NCBI RefSeq assembly: GCF_006345805.1
Contig: NW_021835954.1
Span: 124,001-188,000, forward strand
Length of the DNA: 64,000 nt
Reading direction: 5' to 3'
DNA from: Octopus sinensis
Lineage: Eukaryota
The notes beneath the pieces are model-generated. The model was not told the DNA's origin. It saw nothing but the letters and a program-made list of their open reading frames with translations, and ran no database searches. A program made the position numbers and the translations under genes. Each line of letters begins with the position of its first letter. The first letter of the stretch is position 1. This document shows, one piece after another, positions 24,101 through 42,100 of the stretch.

Positions 24101-27100
24101 CCAAATGTATATACACTGATCTCTCTCTCAATGTATATATACACTATGCATCATGTATAATGTACACTGATCTCTCTCTCAATGTATATATACACTATGC
24201 ATCATGTATAATGTACACTGATCTCTCTCTCAATGTATATATACACTATGCATCATGTATAATGTACACTGATTTCTCTCTCAATGTATATATACACTAT
24301 GCACATGTATAATGTACACTGATCTCTCTCTCAATGTATATATACACTATGCATCATGTATAATGTACACTGATCTCTCTCCAATGTATATATACACTAT
24401 GCATCAATAATGTACACTGATCTCTCCCAATGTATATATACACTGATCTCTCTCTCAATGTAATATACACTATGCATCATGTATAATGTACACTGATCTC
24501 TCTCTCAATGTATATACACACTATGCATCACGTATAATGTACACTGATCTCTCTCCAAATGTATATATACACTGATCTCTCTCTCAATGTATATACACAC
24601 TATGCATCATGTATAATGTACACTGATCTCTCTCTCAATGTATATATACACTATGCATCATGTATAATGTACACTGATCTCTCTCTCAATGTATATATAC
24701 ACTATGCATCATGTATAATGTACACTGATCTCTCTCCAAATGTATATATACACTGATCTCTCTCTCAATGTATATATACACTATGCATCATGTATAATGT
24801 ACACTGATCTCTCTCTCAATGTATATATACACTATGCATCATGTATAATGTACACTGATCTCTCTCTCAATGTATATATACACTATGCATCATGTATAAT
24901 GTACACTGATCTCTCTCCAAATGTATATATACACTGATCTCTCTCTCAATGTATATATACACTATGCATCATGTATAATGTACACTGATCTCTCTCTCAA
25001 TGTATATATACACTATGCATCATGTATAATGTACACTGATCTCTCTCTCAATGTATATATACACTATGCATCATGTATAATGTACACTGATTTCTCTCTC
25101 AATGTATATATACACTATGCATCATGTATAATGTACACTGATCTCTCTCTCAATGTATATACACTATGCATCATGTATAATGTACACTGATCTCTCTCCA
25201 AATGTATATATACACTGATCTCTCTCTCAATGTATATATACACTATGCATCATGTATAATGTACACTGATTTCTCTCTCAATGTATATATACACTATGCA
25301 TCATGTATAATGTACACTGATCTCTCTCCAAATGTATATATACACTATGCATCATGTATAATGTACACTGATCTCTCTCCAAATGTATATATACACTGAT
25401 CTCTCTCTCAATGTATATACACACTATGCATCATGTATAATGTACACTGATCTCTCTCTCAATGTATATATACACTATGCATCATGTATAATGTACACTG
25501 ATCTCTCTCCAAATGTATATATACACTGATCTCTCTCTCAATGTATATACACACTATGCATCATGTATAATGTACACTGATCTCTCTCTCAATGTATATA
25601 CACACTATGCATCATGTATAATGTACACTGATCTCTCTCTCAATGTATATATACACTATGCATCATGTATGATGTACACTGATCTCTCTCTCAAATGTAT
25701 ATATACACTGATCTCTCTCTCAATGTATATATACACTATGCATCATGTATAATGTACACTGATCTCTCTCTCAATGTATATATACACTATGCATCATGTA
25801 TAATGTACACTGATCTCTCTCTCAATGTATATATACACTATGCATCATGTATAATGTACACTGATTTCTCTCTCAATGTATATATACACTATGCATCATG
25901 TATAATGTACACTGATCTCTCTCTCAATGTATATATCACTATGCATCATGTATAATGTACACTGATCTCTCTCAAATGTATATATACACTATGCATCATG
26001 TATAATGTACACTGATCTCTCTCCAAATGTATATATACACTGATCTCTCTCTCAATGTATATATACACTATGCATCATGTATAATGTACACTGATCTCTC
26101 TCCAAATGTATATATACACTGATCTCTCTCTCAATGTATATACACACTATGCATCATGTATAATGTACACTGATCTCTCTCTCAATGTATATATACACTA
26201 TGCATCATGTATAATGTACACTGATCTCTCTCTCAATGTATATATACACTATGCATCATGTATAATGTACACTGATCTCTCTCCAAATGTATATATACAC
26301 TGATCTCTCTCTCAATGTATATATACACTATGCATCATGTATAATGTACACTGATCTCTCTCTCAATGTATATATACACTATGCATCATGTATAATGTAC
26401 ACTGATCTCTCTCTCAATGTATATATACACTATGCATCATGTATAATGTACACTGATCTCTCTCCAAATGTATATACACTGATCTCTCTCTCAATGTATA
26501 TATACACTATGCATCATGTATAATGTACACTGATCTCTCTCTCAATGTATATATACACTATGCATCATGTATAATGTACACTGATCTCTCTCTCAACGTA
26601 TATATACACTATGCATCATGTATAATGTACACTGATTTCTCTCTCAATGTATATATACACAATGCATCATGTATAATGTACACTGATCTCTCTCTCAATG
26701 TATATATACACTATGCATCATGTATAATGTACACTGATCTCTCTCCAAATGTATATATACACTGATCTCTCTCTCAATGTATATATACACTATGCATCAT
26801 GTATAATGTACACTGATTTCTCTCTCAATGTATATATACACTATGCATCATGTATAATGTACACTGATCTCTCTCCAAATGTATATATACACTATGCATC
26901 ATGTATAATGTACACTGATCTCTCTCCAAATGTATATATACACTGATCTCTCTCTCAATGTATATACACACTCTGCATCATGTATAATGTACACTGATCT
27001 CTCTCTCAATGTATATACACACTATGCATCATGTATAATGTACACTGATCTCTCTCTCAATGTATATAAACACTATGCATCATGTATAATGTACACTGAT

Positions 27101-30100
27101 TTCTCTCCAAATGTATATATACACTGATCTCTCTCTCAATGTATATATACACTATGCATCATGTATAATGTACACTGATCTCTCTCTCAATGTATATATA
27201 CACTATGCATCATGTATAATGTACACTGATCTCTCTCCAAATGTATATATACACTGATCTCTCTCTCAATGTATATATACACTATGCATCATGTATAATG
27301 TACACTGATCTCTCTCCAAATGTATATATACACTGATCTCTCTCTCAATGTATATACACACTATGCATCATGTATAATGTACACTGCTCTCTCTCTCAAT
27401 GTATATACACACTATGCATCATGTATAATGTACACTGATCTCTCTCTCAATGTATATATACACTATGCATCATGTATGATGTACACTGATCTCTCTCCAA
27501 ATGTATATATACACTGATCTCTCTCTGAATGTATATATACACTATGCATCATGTATAATGTACACTGATCTCTCTCTCAATGTATATATATACACACTAT
27601 GCATCATGTATAATGTACACTGATCTCTCTCTCAATGTATATATACGCTATGCATCATGTATAATGTACACTGATTTCTCTCCAAATGTATATATACACT
27701 GATCTCTCTCTCAATGTATATATACACTATGCATCATGTATAATTTACACTGATCTCTCTCTCAATGTATATACACACTATGCATCATGTATAATGTACA
27801 CTGATCTCTCTCTCAATGTATATAAACACTATGCATCATGTATAATGTACACTGATTTCTCTCCAAATGTATATATACACTGATCTCTCTCTCAATGTAT
27901 ATATACACTATGCATCATGTATAATGTACACTGATCTCTCTCTCAATGTATATATACACTATGCATCATGTATAATGTACACTGATCTCTCTCCAAATGT
28001 ATATATACACTGATCTCTCTCTCAATGTATATATACACTATGCATCATGTATAATGTACACTGATCTCTCTCTCAACGTATATATACACTATGCATCATG
28101 TATAATGTACACTGATCTCTCTCTCAATGTATATACACACTATGCATCATGTATAATGTACACTGATCTCTCTCTCAATGTATATATACACTATGCATCA
28201 TGTATAATGTACACTGATTTCTCTCCAAATGTATATATACACTGATCTCTCTCTCAATGTATATATACACTATGCATCATGTATAATGTACACTGATCTC
28301 TCTCTCAATGTATATACACACTATGCATCATGTATAATGTACACTGATCTCTCTCCAATGTATATATACACTATGCATCATGTATAATGTACACTGATTC
28401 TTCTCCAAATGTATATATACACTGATCTCTCTCTCAATGTATATATACACTATGCATCATGTATAATGTACACTGATCTCTCTCTCAATGTATATATACA
28501 CTATGCATCATGTACAATGTACACTGATCTCTCTCCAAATGTATATATACACTGATCTCTCTCTCAATGTATATATACACTATGCATCATGTATAATGTA
28601 CACTGATCTCTCTCTCAATGTATATACACACTATGCATCATGTATAATGTACACTGATCTCTCTCCAAATGTATATATACACTGATCTCTCTCTCAATGT
28701 ATATACACACTATGCATCATGTATAATGTACACTGATCTCTCTCCAAATGTATATATACACTGATCTCTCTCTCAATGTATATACACACTATGCATCATG
28801 TATAATGTACACTGATCTCTCTCTCAATGTATATACACACTATGTATCATGTATAATGTACACTGATTTCTCTCTCAATGTATATATACACGATGCATCA
28901 TGTATAATGTACACTGATCTCTCTCCAAATGTATATATACACTGATCTCTCTCTCAATGTATATATACACTATGCATCATGTATAATGTACACTGATCTC
29001 TCTCTCAATGTATATATACACTATGCATCATGTATGATGTACACTGATCTCTCTCCAAATGTATATATACACTGATCTCTCTCTCAATGTATATATACAC
29101 TATGCATCATGTATAATGTACACTGATCTCTCTCTCAATGTATATATACACTATGCATCATGTATAATGTACACTGATCTCTCTCCAAATGTATATATAC
29201 ACTGATCTCTCTCTCAATGTATATATACACTATGCATCATGTATAACGTACACTGATCTCTCTCTCAATGTATATACACACTATGCATCATGTATAATGT
29301 ACACTGATCTCTCTCCAAATGTATATATACACTGATCTCTCTCTCAATGTATATATACACTATGCATCATGTATAATGTACACTGATCTCTCTCTCAATG
29401 TATATATATACACACTATGCAATGTATAATGTACACTGATCTCTCTCTCAATGTATATATACGCTATGCATCATGTATAATGTACACTGATTTCTCTCCA
29501 AATGTATATACACTGACTCTCTCTCATGTATATAACACTATGCATCATGTATAATTACACTGATCTCTCTCTCAATGTATATACACACTATGCATCATGT
29601 ATAATGTACACTGATCTCTCTCTCAATGTATATAAACACTATGCATCATGTATAATGTACACTGATTTCTCTCCAAATGTATATATACACTGATCTCTCT
29701 CTCAATGTATATATACACTATGCATCATGTATAATGTACACTGATCTCTCTCTCAATGTATATATACACTATGCATCATGTATAATGTACACTGATCTCT
29801 CTCCAAATGTATATATACACTGATCTCTCTCTCAATGTATATACACTATGCATCATGTATAATGTACACTGATCTCTCTCTCAACGTATATATACCTATG
29901 CATCATGTATAATGTACACTGATCTCTTCTCAATGTATATACACACTATGCATCATGTATAATGTACACTGATCTCTCTCAATGTATATATACACTATGC
30001 ATCATGTATAATGTACACTGATTTCTCTCCAATGTATATATACACTGATCTCTCTCTCAATGTATATATACACTATGCATCATGTATAATGTACACTGAT

Positions 30101-33100
30101 CTCTCTCTCAATGTATATTACACACTATCTCTCATGTATAATGTACACTGATCTCTCTCAGCAATGTATATACACTATGCATCATGTATAATGTACACTG
30201 ATTCTCTCCAAATGTATATATACACTGATCTCTCTCTCAATGTATATATAACACTATGCATCATAATAATGTACACTGATCTCTCTCTCATGTATATATA
30301 CACTATGCATCATGTACAATGTACACTGATCTCTCTCCAATGTATATATACACTGATCTCTCTCTCAAGTTATATACACTATGCATCATGTATAATGTAC
30401 ACTGATCCTCTCTCTCAATGTATATATACACACTATGCATCATGTATAATGTACACTGATCTCTCTCCAAATGTTTATTACACTGATCTCTCTCTCAATG
30501 TATATACACACTATGCATCATGTATAATGTACACTGATCTCTCTCCAATGTATATATACACTGATCTCTCTCTCAATGTATATACACACTATGCATCATG
30601 TATAATGTACACTGATCTCTCTCTCATGTATATACACACTATGCATCATGTATAATGTACACTGATTTCTCTCTCAATGTATATATACACGATGCATCAT
30701 GTATAATGTACACTGATCTCTCTCAAATGTATTATACACTGATCTCTCTCTCAATGTATATATACACTATGCATCATGTATATGTACACTGATCTCTCTC
30801 TCATGTATATATACACTATGCATCATGTATGATGTACACTGATCTCTCTCCAAATGTATATATACACTGATCTCTCTCTCAATGTATATATACACTATGC
30901 ATCATGTATAATGTACACTGATCTCTCTCTCAATGTATATATACACTATGCATCATGTATATGTACACTGATCTCTCTCCAAATGTATATATCACTGATC
31001 TCTCTCTCAATGTATATATACACTATGCATCATGTATAACGTACACTGATCTCTCTCTCAATGTATATACACACTATGCATCATGTATAATGTACACTGA
31101 TCTCTCTCCAAATGTATATATACACTGATCTCTCTCAATGTATATATACACTATGCATCATGTATAATGTACACTGATCTCTCTCCGAACGTATATATAC
31201 ACTAATCTCTCTCTCAATGTATATACACACTATGCATCATGTATAATGTACACTGATCTCTCTCTCAATGTATATACACACTATGCATCATGTATAATGT
31301 ACACTGATTTCTCTCTCAATGTATATATACACTATGCATCATGTATAATGTACACTGATCTCTCTCTCAATGTATATATACACTATGCATCAGTATAATG
31401 TACACTGATCTCTCTCCAAATGTATATATACACTGATCTCTCTCTCAATGTATCTACACACTATGCATCATGTATAATGTACACTGATTTCTCTCTCAAT
31501 GTATATATACACTATGCATCATGTATAATGTACACTGATCTCTCTCAATGTATATATACACTGATCTCTCTCTCATGTAATATAACACTATGCATCATGT
31601 ATAATGTACACTGATCTCTCTCTCAATGTATATACACACTATGCATCATGTATAATGTACACGGATCTCTCTCCAAATGTATATATACACTGATCTCTCT
31701 CTCAATGTATATATACACTATGCATCATGTATAATGTACACTGATCTCTCTCTCAATGTATATATACACTATGCATCATGTATAATGTACACTTATCTCT
31801 CTCCAAATGTATATATACACTGATCTCTCTCCAAATGTATATATACACTATGCCTCATGTATAATGTACACTGATCTCTCTCTCAATGTATATACACACT
31901 ATGCATCATGTATAATGTACACGGATCTCTCTCTCAATGTATATACACACTATGCATCATGTATAATGTACACTGATCTCTCTCTCAATGTATATACACA
32001 CTATGCATCATGTATAATGTACACTGATCTCTCTCTCTCAATGTATATATACACTATGCATCACGTATAATGTACACTGATCTCTCTCTCAATGTATATA
32101 CACAATATGCATCATGTATAATGTACACTGATCTCTCTCTCTCAATGTATATATACACTATGCATCAAGTATAATGTACACTGATCTCTCTCTCAATGTA
32201 TATATACACTATGCATCATGTATAATGTACACTGATCTCTCTCTCTCAATGTATATATACACTATGCATCATGTATAATGTACACTGATCTCTCTCCAAA
32301 TGTATATATACACTATGCATCATGTATAATGTACACTGATCTCTCTCTCAATGTATATACACACAATGCATCATGTATAATGTACACGGATCTCTCTCTC
32401 AATGTATATAACACTATGCATCATGTATAATGTACACTGATCTCTCTCTCAACGTATATATACACTATGAATCATGTATAATGTACACTGATCTCTCTCT
32501 CAACGTATATATACACAATGAATCATGTATAATGTACACTGATCTCTCTCTCAATGTATATATACACTATGAATCAATGTATAATGTACACTGATCTCTC
32601 TCTCAATGTATATATACACTATGCATTGTATAATGTACACTGATCTCTCTCCCAATGTATTATACACTATGCATCATGTATAATGTACACTGATCTCTCT
32701 CTCAATGTATATATACACTATGCATCATGTATAATGTACACTGATCTCTCTCTCAATGTATATATACACTATGCATCATGTATAATGTACACTGATCTCT
32801 CTCTCAATGTATATACACTATGCATCATGTATAATGTACACTGATCTCTCTCTCAACGTATATATACACTATTATTCATGTATAATGTACACTGATCTCT
32901 ATCCAAAGGTATATATACACTGATCTCTCTCAATGTATATACACACTATGCATCATGTATAATGTACACTGATCTCTCTCTCAATGTATATATACACTAT
33001 GAATCATGTATAATGTACACTGATCTCTCCAAAGGTATATATACACTGATCTCTCTCTCAATGTATATACACACTATGCATCATGTATAATGTACACTGA

Positions 33101-36100
33101 TCTCTCTCTCAATGTATATATACACTATGCATCATGTATAATGTACACTGATCTCTCTCTCAACGTATATGCACTATGCATCATGTATAATGTACACTGA
33201 TCTCTCTCTCAACGTATATATACACTATGAATCATGTATAATGTACACTGATCTCTCTCTCAATGTATATATACACTATGCATCATGTATAATGTACACT
33301 GATCTCTCTCTCAACGTATATATACACTATGAATCATGTATAATGTACACTGATCTCTCTCTCAATGTATATATACACTATGCATCATGTATAATGTACA
33401 CTGATCTCTCTCTCAACGTATATATACACTATGCATCATGTATAATGTACACTGATCTCTCTCTCAATGTATATATACACTATGCATCATGTATAATGTA
33501 CACTGATCTCTCTCTCAACGTATATATACACTATGAATCATGTATAATGTACACTGATCTCTCTCTCAATGTATATATACACTATGCATCATGTATAATG
33601 TACACTGATCTCTCTCTCAACGTATATATACACTATGAATCATGTATAATGTACACTGATCTCTCTCTCAATGTATATATACACTATGCATCATGTATAA
33701 TGTACACTGATCTCTCTCTCAACGTATATATACATTATGAATCATGTATAATGTACACTGATCTCTCTCTCAATATATATATACACTATGCATCATGTAT
33801 AATGTACACTGATCTCTCTCTCAACGTATATATACACTATGCATCATGTATAATGTACACTGATCTCTCTCTCAACGTATATATACACTATGAATCATGT
33901 ATAATGTACACTGATCTCTCTCTCAATGTATATATACACTATGCATCATGTATAATGTACACTGAACTCTCTCTCAATGTATATATACACTATGAATCAT
34001 GTATAATGTACACTGATCTCTCTCCAAAGCTATATATACACTGATCTCTCTCTCAATGTATATACACTCTATGCATCATGTATAATGTACACTGATCTCT
34101 CTCTCAATGTATATATACACTATGCATCATGTATAATGTACACTGATCTCTCTCAAGGTATATATACACTGATCTCTCTCTCAATGTATATACACATATG
34201 CATCATGTATAATGTACACTGATCTCTCTCTCAATGTATATATACACTATGCATCATGTATAATGTACACTGATCTCTCTCTCAATGTATATACACACTA
34301 TGCATCATGTATAATGTACACTGATCTCTCTCTCAACGTATATATACACTATGAATCATGTATAATGTACACTGATCTCTCTCTCAATGTATATATACAC
34401 TATGCATCATGTATATGTACACTGATCTCTCTCCAAATGTATATATACACTGACTCTCTCTCAATGTATATACACACTATGCATCATGTATAATGTACAC
34501 TGATCTCTCTCTCAATGTATATATACACTATGCATCATGTATATGTACACTGATCTCTCTCCAAAGGTATATATACACTGATCTCTCTCTCAATGTATAT
34601 ATACACTATGCATCAGTATATGTACACTGATCTCTCTCCAAAGGTATATATACATGATCTCTCTCTCAATGTATATACACACTATGCATCATGTATAATG
34701 TACACTGATCTCTCTCTCAATGTATATATACACTATGCATCATGTATAATGTACACTGATCTCTCTCCAAATGTATATATACACTGATCTCTCTCTCAAT
34801 GTATATACACATTATCATGTATAACGTACACTGATGTCTCTCTCAATGTATATATACACTATGCATCATGTATAATGTACACTGATCTCTCTCTCAATGT
34901 ATATATACACTATGCATCATGTACAATGTACACTGATCTCTCTCCAAATGTATATATACACTGATCTCTCTCTCAATGTATATATACACTATGCATCATG
35001 TATAATGTACACTGATCTCTCTCTCAATGTATATACACACTATGCATCATGTATAATGTACACTGATCTCTCTCCAATGTATATATACACTGATCTCTCT
35101 CTCAATGTATATACACAATATGCATCATGTATAATGTACACTGATCTCTCTCCAAATGTATATATACACTGATCTCTCTCTCAATGTATATACACACTAT
35201 GCATCATGTATAATGTACACTGATCTCTCTCTCAATGTATATACACTATGCATCATGTATAATGTACACTGATTCTCTCTCAACTATATATACACGATGC
35301 ATCATGTATAATGTACACTGATCTCTCTCCAAATGTATATATACACTGATCTCTCTCTCAATGTATTTATACACTATGCATCATGTATAATGTACACTGA
35401 TCTCTCTCTCAATGTATATATACACTATGCATCATGTATGATGTACACTGATTCTCTCCAAATGTATATATACACTGATCTCTCTCTCAATGTATATATA
35501 CACTATGCATCATGTATAATGTACACTGATCTCTCTCTCAATGTATTTATACACTATGCATCATGTATAATGTACACTGATCTCTCTCCAAATGTATATA
35601 TACATGATCTCTCTCTCAATATATATACAATGCATCATGTATAATGTACACTGATCTCTCTCTCAATGTATATACACACTATGCATCATGTATAATGTAC
35701 ACTGATCTCTCTCCAAATGTATATATACACTGATCTCTCTCTCAATGTATATATACACTATGCATCATGTATAATGTACACTGATCTCTCTCCGAACGTA
35801 TATATACACTAATCTCTCTCTCAATGTATATACCACTATGCATCATGTATAATGTACACTGATCTCTCTCTCAATGTATATACACACTATGCATCATGTA
35901 TAATGTACACTGATTCTCTCTCAATGTTATATACACTATGCATCATGTATAATGCACTGATCTCTCTCTCAATGTATATATACACTATGCATCATGTATA
36001 ATGTACACTGATCTCTCCAAATGTATATATACACTGATCTCTCTCTCAATGTATATACACACTATGCATCATGTATAATGTACACTGATTTCTCTCTCAA

Positions 36101-39100
36101 TGTATATATACACTATGCATCATGTATAATGTACACTGATCTCTCTCCAAATGTATATATACACTGATCTCTCTCTCAATGTATATATACACTATGCATC
36201 ATGTATAATGTACACTGATCTCTCTCTCAATGTATATACACACTATGCATCATGTATAATGTACACGGATCTCTCTCCAAATGTATATATACACTGATCT
36301 CTCTCTCAATGTATATATACACTATGCATCATGTATAATGTACACTGATCTCTCTCTCAATGTATATATACACTATGCATCATGTATAATGTACACTTAT
36401 CTCTCTCCAAATGTATATATACACTGATCTCTCTCAATGTATATATACACTATGCTCATGTATAATGTACACTGATCTCTCTCTCAATGTATATACACAC
36501 TATGCATCATGTATAATGTACACTGATCTCTCTCTCAATGTATATACACACTATGCATCATGTATAATGTACACTGATCTCTCTCTCAATGTATATATAC
36601 ACTATGCATCATGTATAATGTACACTGCTCTCTCCAAAGTATATATACACTGATCTCTCTCTCAATGTATATACAACTATGCATCATGTATAATGTACAC
36701 TGATCTCTCTCTGAATGTAGATATACACTATGCATCATGTATAATGTACACTGATCTCTCTCTCAATGTATATACACACTATGCATCATGTATAACGTAC
36801 ACTGATCTCTCTCTCAACGTATATATACACTATGAATCATGTATAATGTACACTGATCTCTCTCTCAATGTATATATACACTATGCATCATGTATAATGT
36901 ACACTGATCTCTCTCCAAATGTATATATACACTGATCTCTCTCTCAATGTATATACACACTATGCATCATGTATAATGTACACTGATCTCTCTCTCAATG
37001 TATATATACACTATGCATCATGTATAATGTACACTGATCTCTCTCCAAAGGTATATATACACTGATCTCTCTCTCATGTATATATACACTATGCATCAAG
37101 TATAATGTACACTGATCTCTCTCCAAAGTATATATACACTGATCTCTCTCTCAATGTATATACACACTATGCATCATGTATAATGTACACTGATCTCTCT
37201 CTCAATGTATATATACACTATGCATCATGTATAATGTACACTGATCTCTCTCCAAAGGTATATATACACTGATCTCTCTCTCAATGTATATACACACTAT
37301 GCATCATGTATAACGTACACTGATGTCTCTCTCAATGTATATATACACTATGAATCATGTATAATGTACACTGATCTCTCTCTCAATGTATATATACACT
37401 ATGCATCATGTACAATGTACACTGATCTCTCTCCAAATGTATATATACACTGATCTCTCTCTCAATGTATATATACACTATGCATCATGTATAACGTACA
37501 CTGATCTCTCTCTCAATGTATATACACACTATGCATCATGTATAATGTACACTGATCTCTCTCCAAATGTATATATACACTGATCTCTCTCTCAATGTAT
37601 ATACACAATATGCATCATGTATAATGTACACTGATCTCTCTCCAAATGTATATATACACTGATCTCTCTCTCAATGTATATACACACTATGCATCATGTA
37701 TAATGTACACTGATCTCTCTCTCAATGTATATACACACTATGCATCATGTATAATGTACACTGATTTCTCTCTCAACGTATATATACACGATGCATCATG
37801 TATAATGTACACTGATCTCTCTCCAAATGTATATATACACTGATCTCTCTCTCAATGTATATATACACTATGCATCATGTATAATGTACACTGATCTCTC
37901 TCTCAATGTATATATACACTATGCATCATGTATGATGTACACTGATCTCTCTCCAAATGTATATATACACTGATCTCTCTCTCAATGTATATATACACTA
38001 TGCATCATGTATAATGTACACTGATCTCTCTCTCAATGTATTATACACTATGCATCATGTATAATGTACACTGATCTCTCTCCAAATGTATATATACACT
38101 GATCTCTCTCTCAATGTATATATACACTATGCATCATGTATAATGTACACTGATCTCTCTCTCAATGTATATACACACTATGCATCATGTATAATGTACA
38201 CTGATCTCTCTCCAAATGTATATATACACTGATCTCTCTCTCAATGTATATATACACTATGCATCATGTATAATGTACACTGATCTCTCTCCGAACGTAT
38301 ATATACACTAATCTCTCTCTCAATGTATATACACACTATGCATCATGTATAATGTACACTGATCTCTCTCTCAATGTATATACACACTATGCATCATGTA
38401 TAATGTACACTGATTTCTCTCTCAATGTATATATACACTATGCATCATGTATAATGTACACTGATCTCTCTCTCAATGTATATATACACTATGCATCATG
38501 TATAATGTACACTGATCTCTCTCCAAATGTATATATACACTGATCTCTCTCTCAATGTATATACACACTATGCATCATGTATAATGTACACTGATTTCTC
38601 TCTCAATGTATATATACACTATGCATCATGTATAATGTACACTGATCTCTCTCCAAATGTATATATACACTGATCTCTCTCTCAATGTATATATACACTA
38701 TGCATCATGTATAATGTACACTGATCTCTCTCTCAATGTATATACACACTATGCATCATGTATAATGTACACGGATCTCTCTCCAAATGTATATATACAC
38801 TGATCTCTCTCTCTCAATGTATATAACACTATGCATCATGTATAATGTACACTGATCTCTCTCTCAATGTATATATACACTATGCATCATGTATAATGTA
38901 TACTGATCTCTCTCCAAATGTATATATACACTGATCTCTCTCCAAATGTATATATACACTATGCCTCATGTATAATGTACAGTGATCTCTCTCTCAATGT
39001 ATATACACACTATGCATCATGTATAATGTACACGGATCTCTCTCTCAATGTATATACACACTATGCATCATGTATAATGTACACTGATCTCTCTCTCAAT

Positions 39101-42100
39101 GTATATACACACTATGCATCATGTATAATGTACACTGATTTCTCTCTCTCAATGTATATATACACTATGCATCACGTATAATGTACACTGATCTCTCTCT
39201 CAATGTATATACACACTATGCATCATGTATAATGTACACTGATCTCTCTCTCTCAATGTATATATACACTATGCATCACGTATAATGTACACTGATCTCT
39301 CTCTCAATGTATATATACACTATGCATCATGTATAATGTACACTGATCTCTCTCTCTCAATGTATATATACACTATGCATCATGTATAATGTACACTGAT
39401 CTCTCTCCAAATGTATATATACACTATGCATCATGTATAATGTACACTGATCTCTCTCTCAATGTATATACACACAATGCATCATGTATAATGTACACGG
39501 ATCTCTCTCTCAATGTATATACACACTATGCATCATGTATAATGTACACTGATCTCTCTCTCAACGTATATATACACTATGAATCATGTATAATGTACAC
39601 TGATCTCTCTCTCAACGTATATATACACAATGAATCATGTATAATGTACACTGATCTCTCTCTCAATGTATATATACACTATGAATCAGGTATAATGTAC
39701 ACTGATCTCTCTCTCAATGTATATATACACTATGCATTATGTATAATGTACACTGATCTCTCTCCCAATGTATATATACACTATGCATCATGTATAATGT
39801 ACACTGATCTCTCTCTCAATGTATATATACACTATGCATCATGTATAATGTACACTGATCTCTCTCTCAATGTATATATACACTATGCATCATGTATAAT
39901 GTACACTGATCTCTCTCTCAATGTATATATACACTATGCATCATGTATAATGTACACTGATCTCTCTCTCAATGTATATATACACTATTATTCATGTATA
40001 ATGTACACTGATCTCTCTCCAAAGGTATATATACACTGATCTCTCTCTCAATGTATATACACACTATGCATCATGTATAATGTACACTGATCTCTCTCTC
40101 AATGTATATATACACTATGAATCATGTATAATGTACACTGATCTCTCTCCAAAGGTATATATACACTGATCTCTCTCTCAATGTATATACACACTATGCA
40201 TCATGTATAATGTACACTGATCTCTCTCTCAATGTATATATACACTATGCATCATGTATAATGTACACTGATCTCTCTCTCAACGTATATATGCACTATG
40301 CATCATGTATAATGTACACTGATCTCTCTCTCAACATATATATACACTATGAATCATGTATAATGTACACTGATCTCTCTCTCAATGTATATATACACTA
40401 TGCATCATGTATAATGTACACTGATCTCTCTCTCAACGTATATATACACTATGAATCATGTATAATGTACACTGATCTCTCTCTCAATGTATATATACAC
40501 TATGCATCATGTATAATGTACACTGATCTCTCTCTCAACGTATATATACACTATGCATCATGTATAATGTACACTGATCTCTCTCTCAATGTATATATAC
40601 ACTATGCATCATGTATAATGTACACTGATCTCTCTCTCAACGTATATATACACTATGAATCATGTATATGTACACTGATCTCTCTCTCAATGTATATATA
40701 CACTATGCATCATGTATAATGTACACTGATCTCTCTCTCAACGTATATATACACTATGAATCACGTATAATGTACACTGATCTCTCTCTCAAGGTATATA
40801 TACACTATGCATCATGTATAATGTACACTGATCTCTCTCTCAACGTATATATACATTATGAATCATGTATAATGTACACTGATCTCTCTCTCAATATATA
40901 TATACACTATGCATCATGTATAATGTACACTGATCTCTCTCTCAACGTATATATACACTATGCATCATGTATAATGTACACTGATCTCTCTCCAAAGCTA
41001 TATATACACTGATCTCTCTCTCAATGTATATACACTCTATGCATCATGTATAATGTACACTGATCTCTCTCTCAATGTATATATACACTATGCATCATGT
41101 ATAATGTACACTGATCTCTCTCCAAAGGTATATATACACTGATCTCTCTCTCAATGTATATACACACTATGCATCATGTATAATGTACACTGATCTCTCT
41201 CTCAATGTATATATACACTATGCATCATGTATAATGTACACTGATCTCTCTCTCAATGTATATACACACTATGCATCATGTATAACGTACACTGATCTCT
41301 CTCTCAACGTATATATACACTATGAATCATGTATAATGTACACTGATCTCTCTCTCAATGTATATATACACTATGCATCATGTATAATGTACACTGATCT
41401 CTCTCCAAATGTATATATACACTGATCTCTCTCTCAATGTATATACACACTATGCATCATGTATAATGTACACTGATCTCTCTCTCAATGTATATATACA
41501 CTATGCATCATGTATAATGTACACTGATCTCTCTCCAAAGGTATATATACACTGATCTCTCTCTCAATGTATATATACACTATGCATCAAGTATAATGTA
41601 CACTGATCTCTCTCCAAAGGTATATATACACTGATCTCTCTCTCAATGTATATACACACTATGCATCATGTATAATGTACACTGATCTCTCTCTCAATGT
41701 ATATATACACTATGCATCATGTATAATGTACACTGATCTCTCTCCAAAGGTATATATACACTGATCTCTCTCTCAACGTATATACACACTATGCATCATG
41801 TATAATGTACACTGATGTCTCTCTCAATGTATATATACACTATGAATCATGTATAATGTACACTGATCTCTCTCCAAAGGTATATATTCACTGATCTCTC
41901 TCTCAATGTATATACACACTATGCATCATGTATAATGTACACTGATCTCTCTCCAAATGTATATATACACTATGCATCATGTATAATGTACACTGATCTC
42001 TCTCTCAATGGATATACACACTATGCATCATGTATAATGTGCACTGATCTCTCTCTCAATGGATATACACACTATGCATCATGTATAATGTACACTGATC

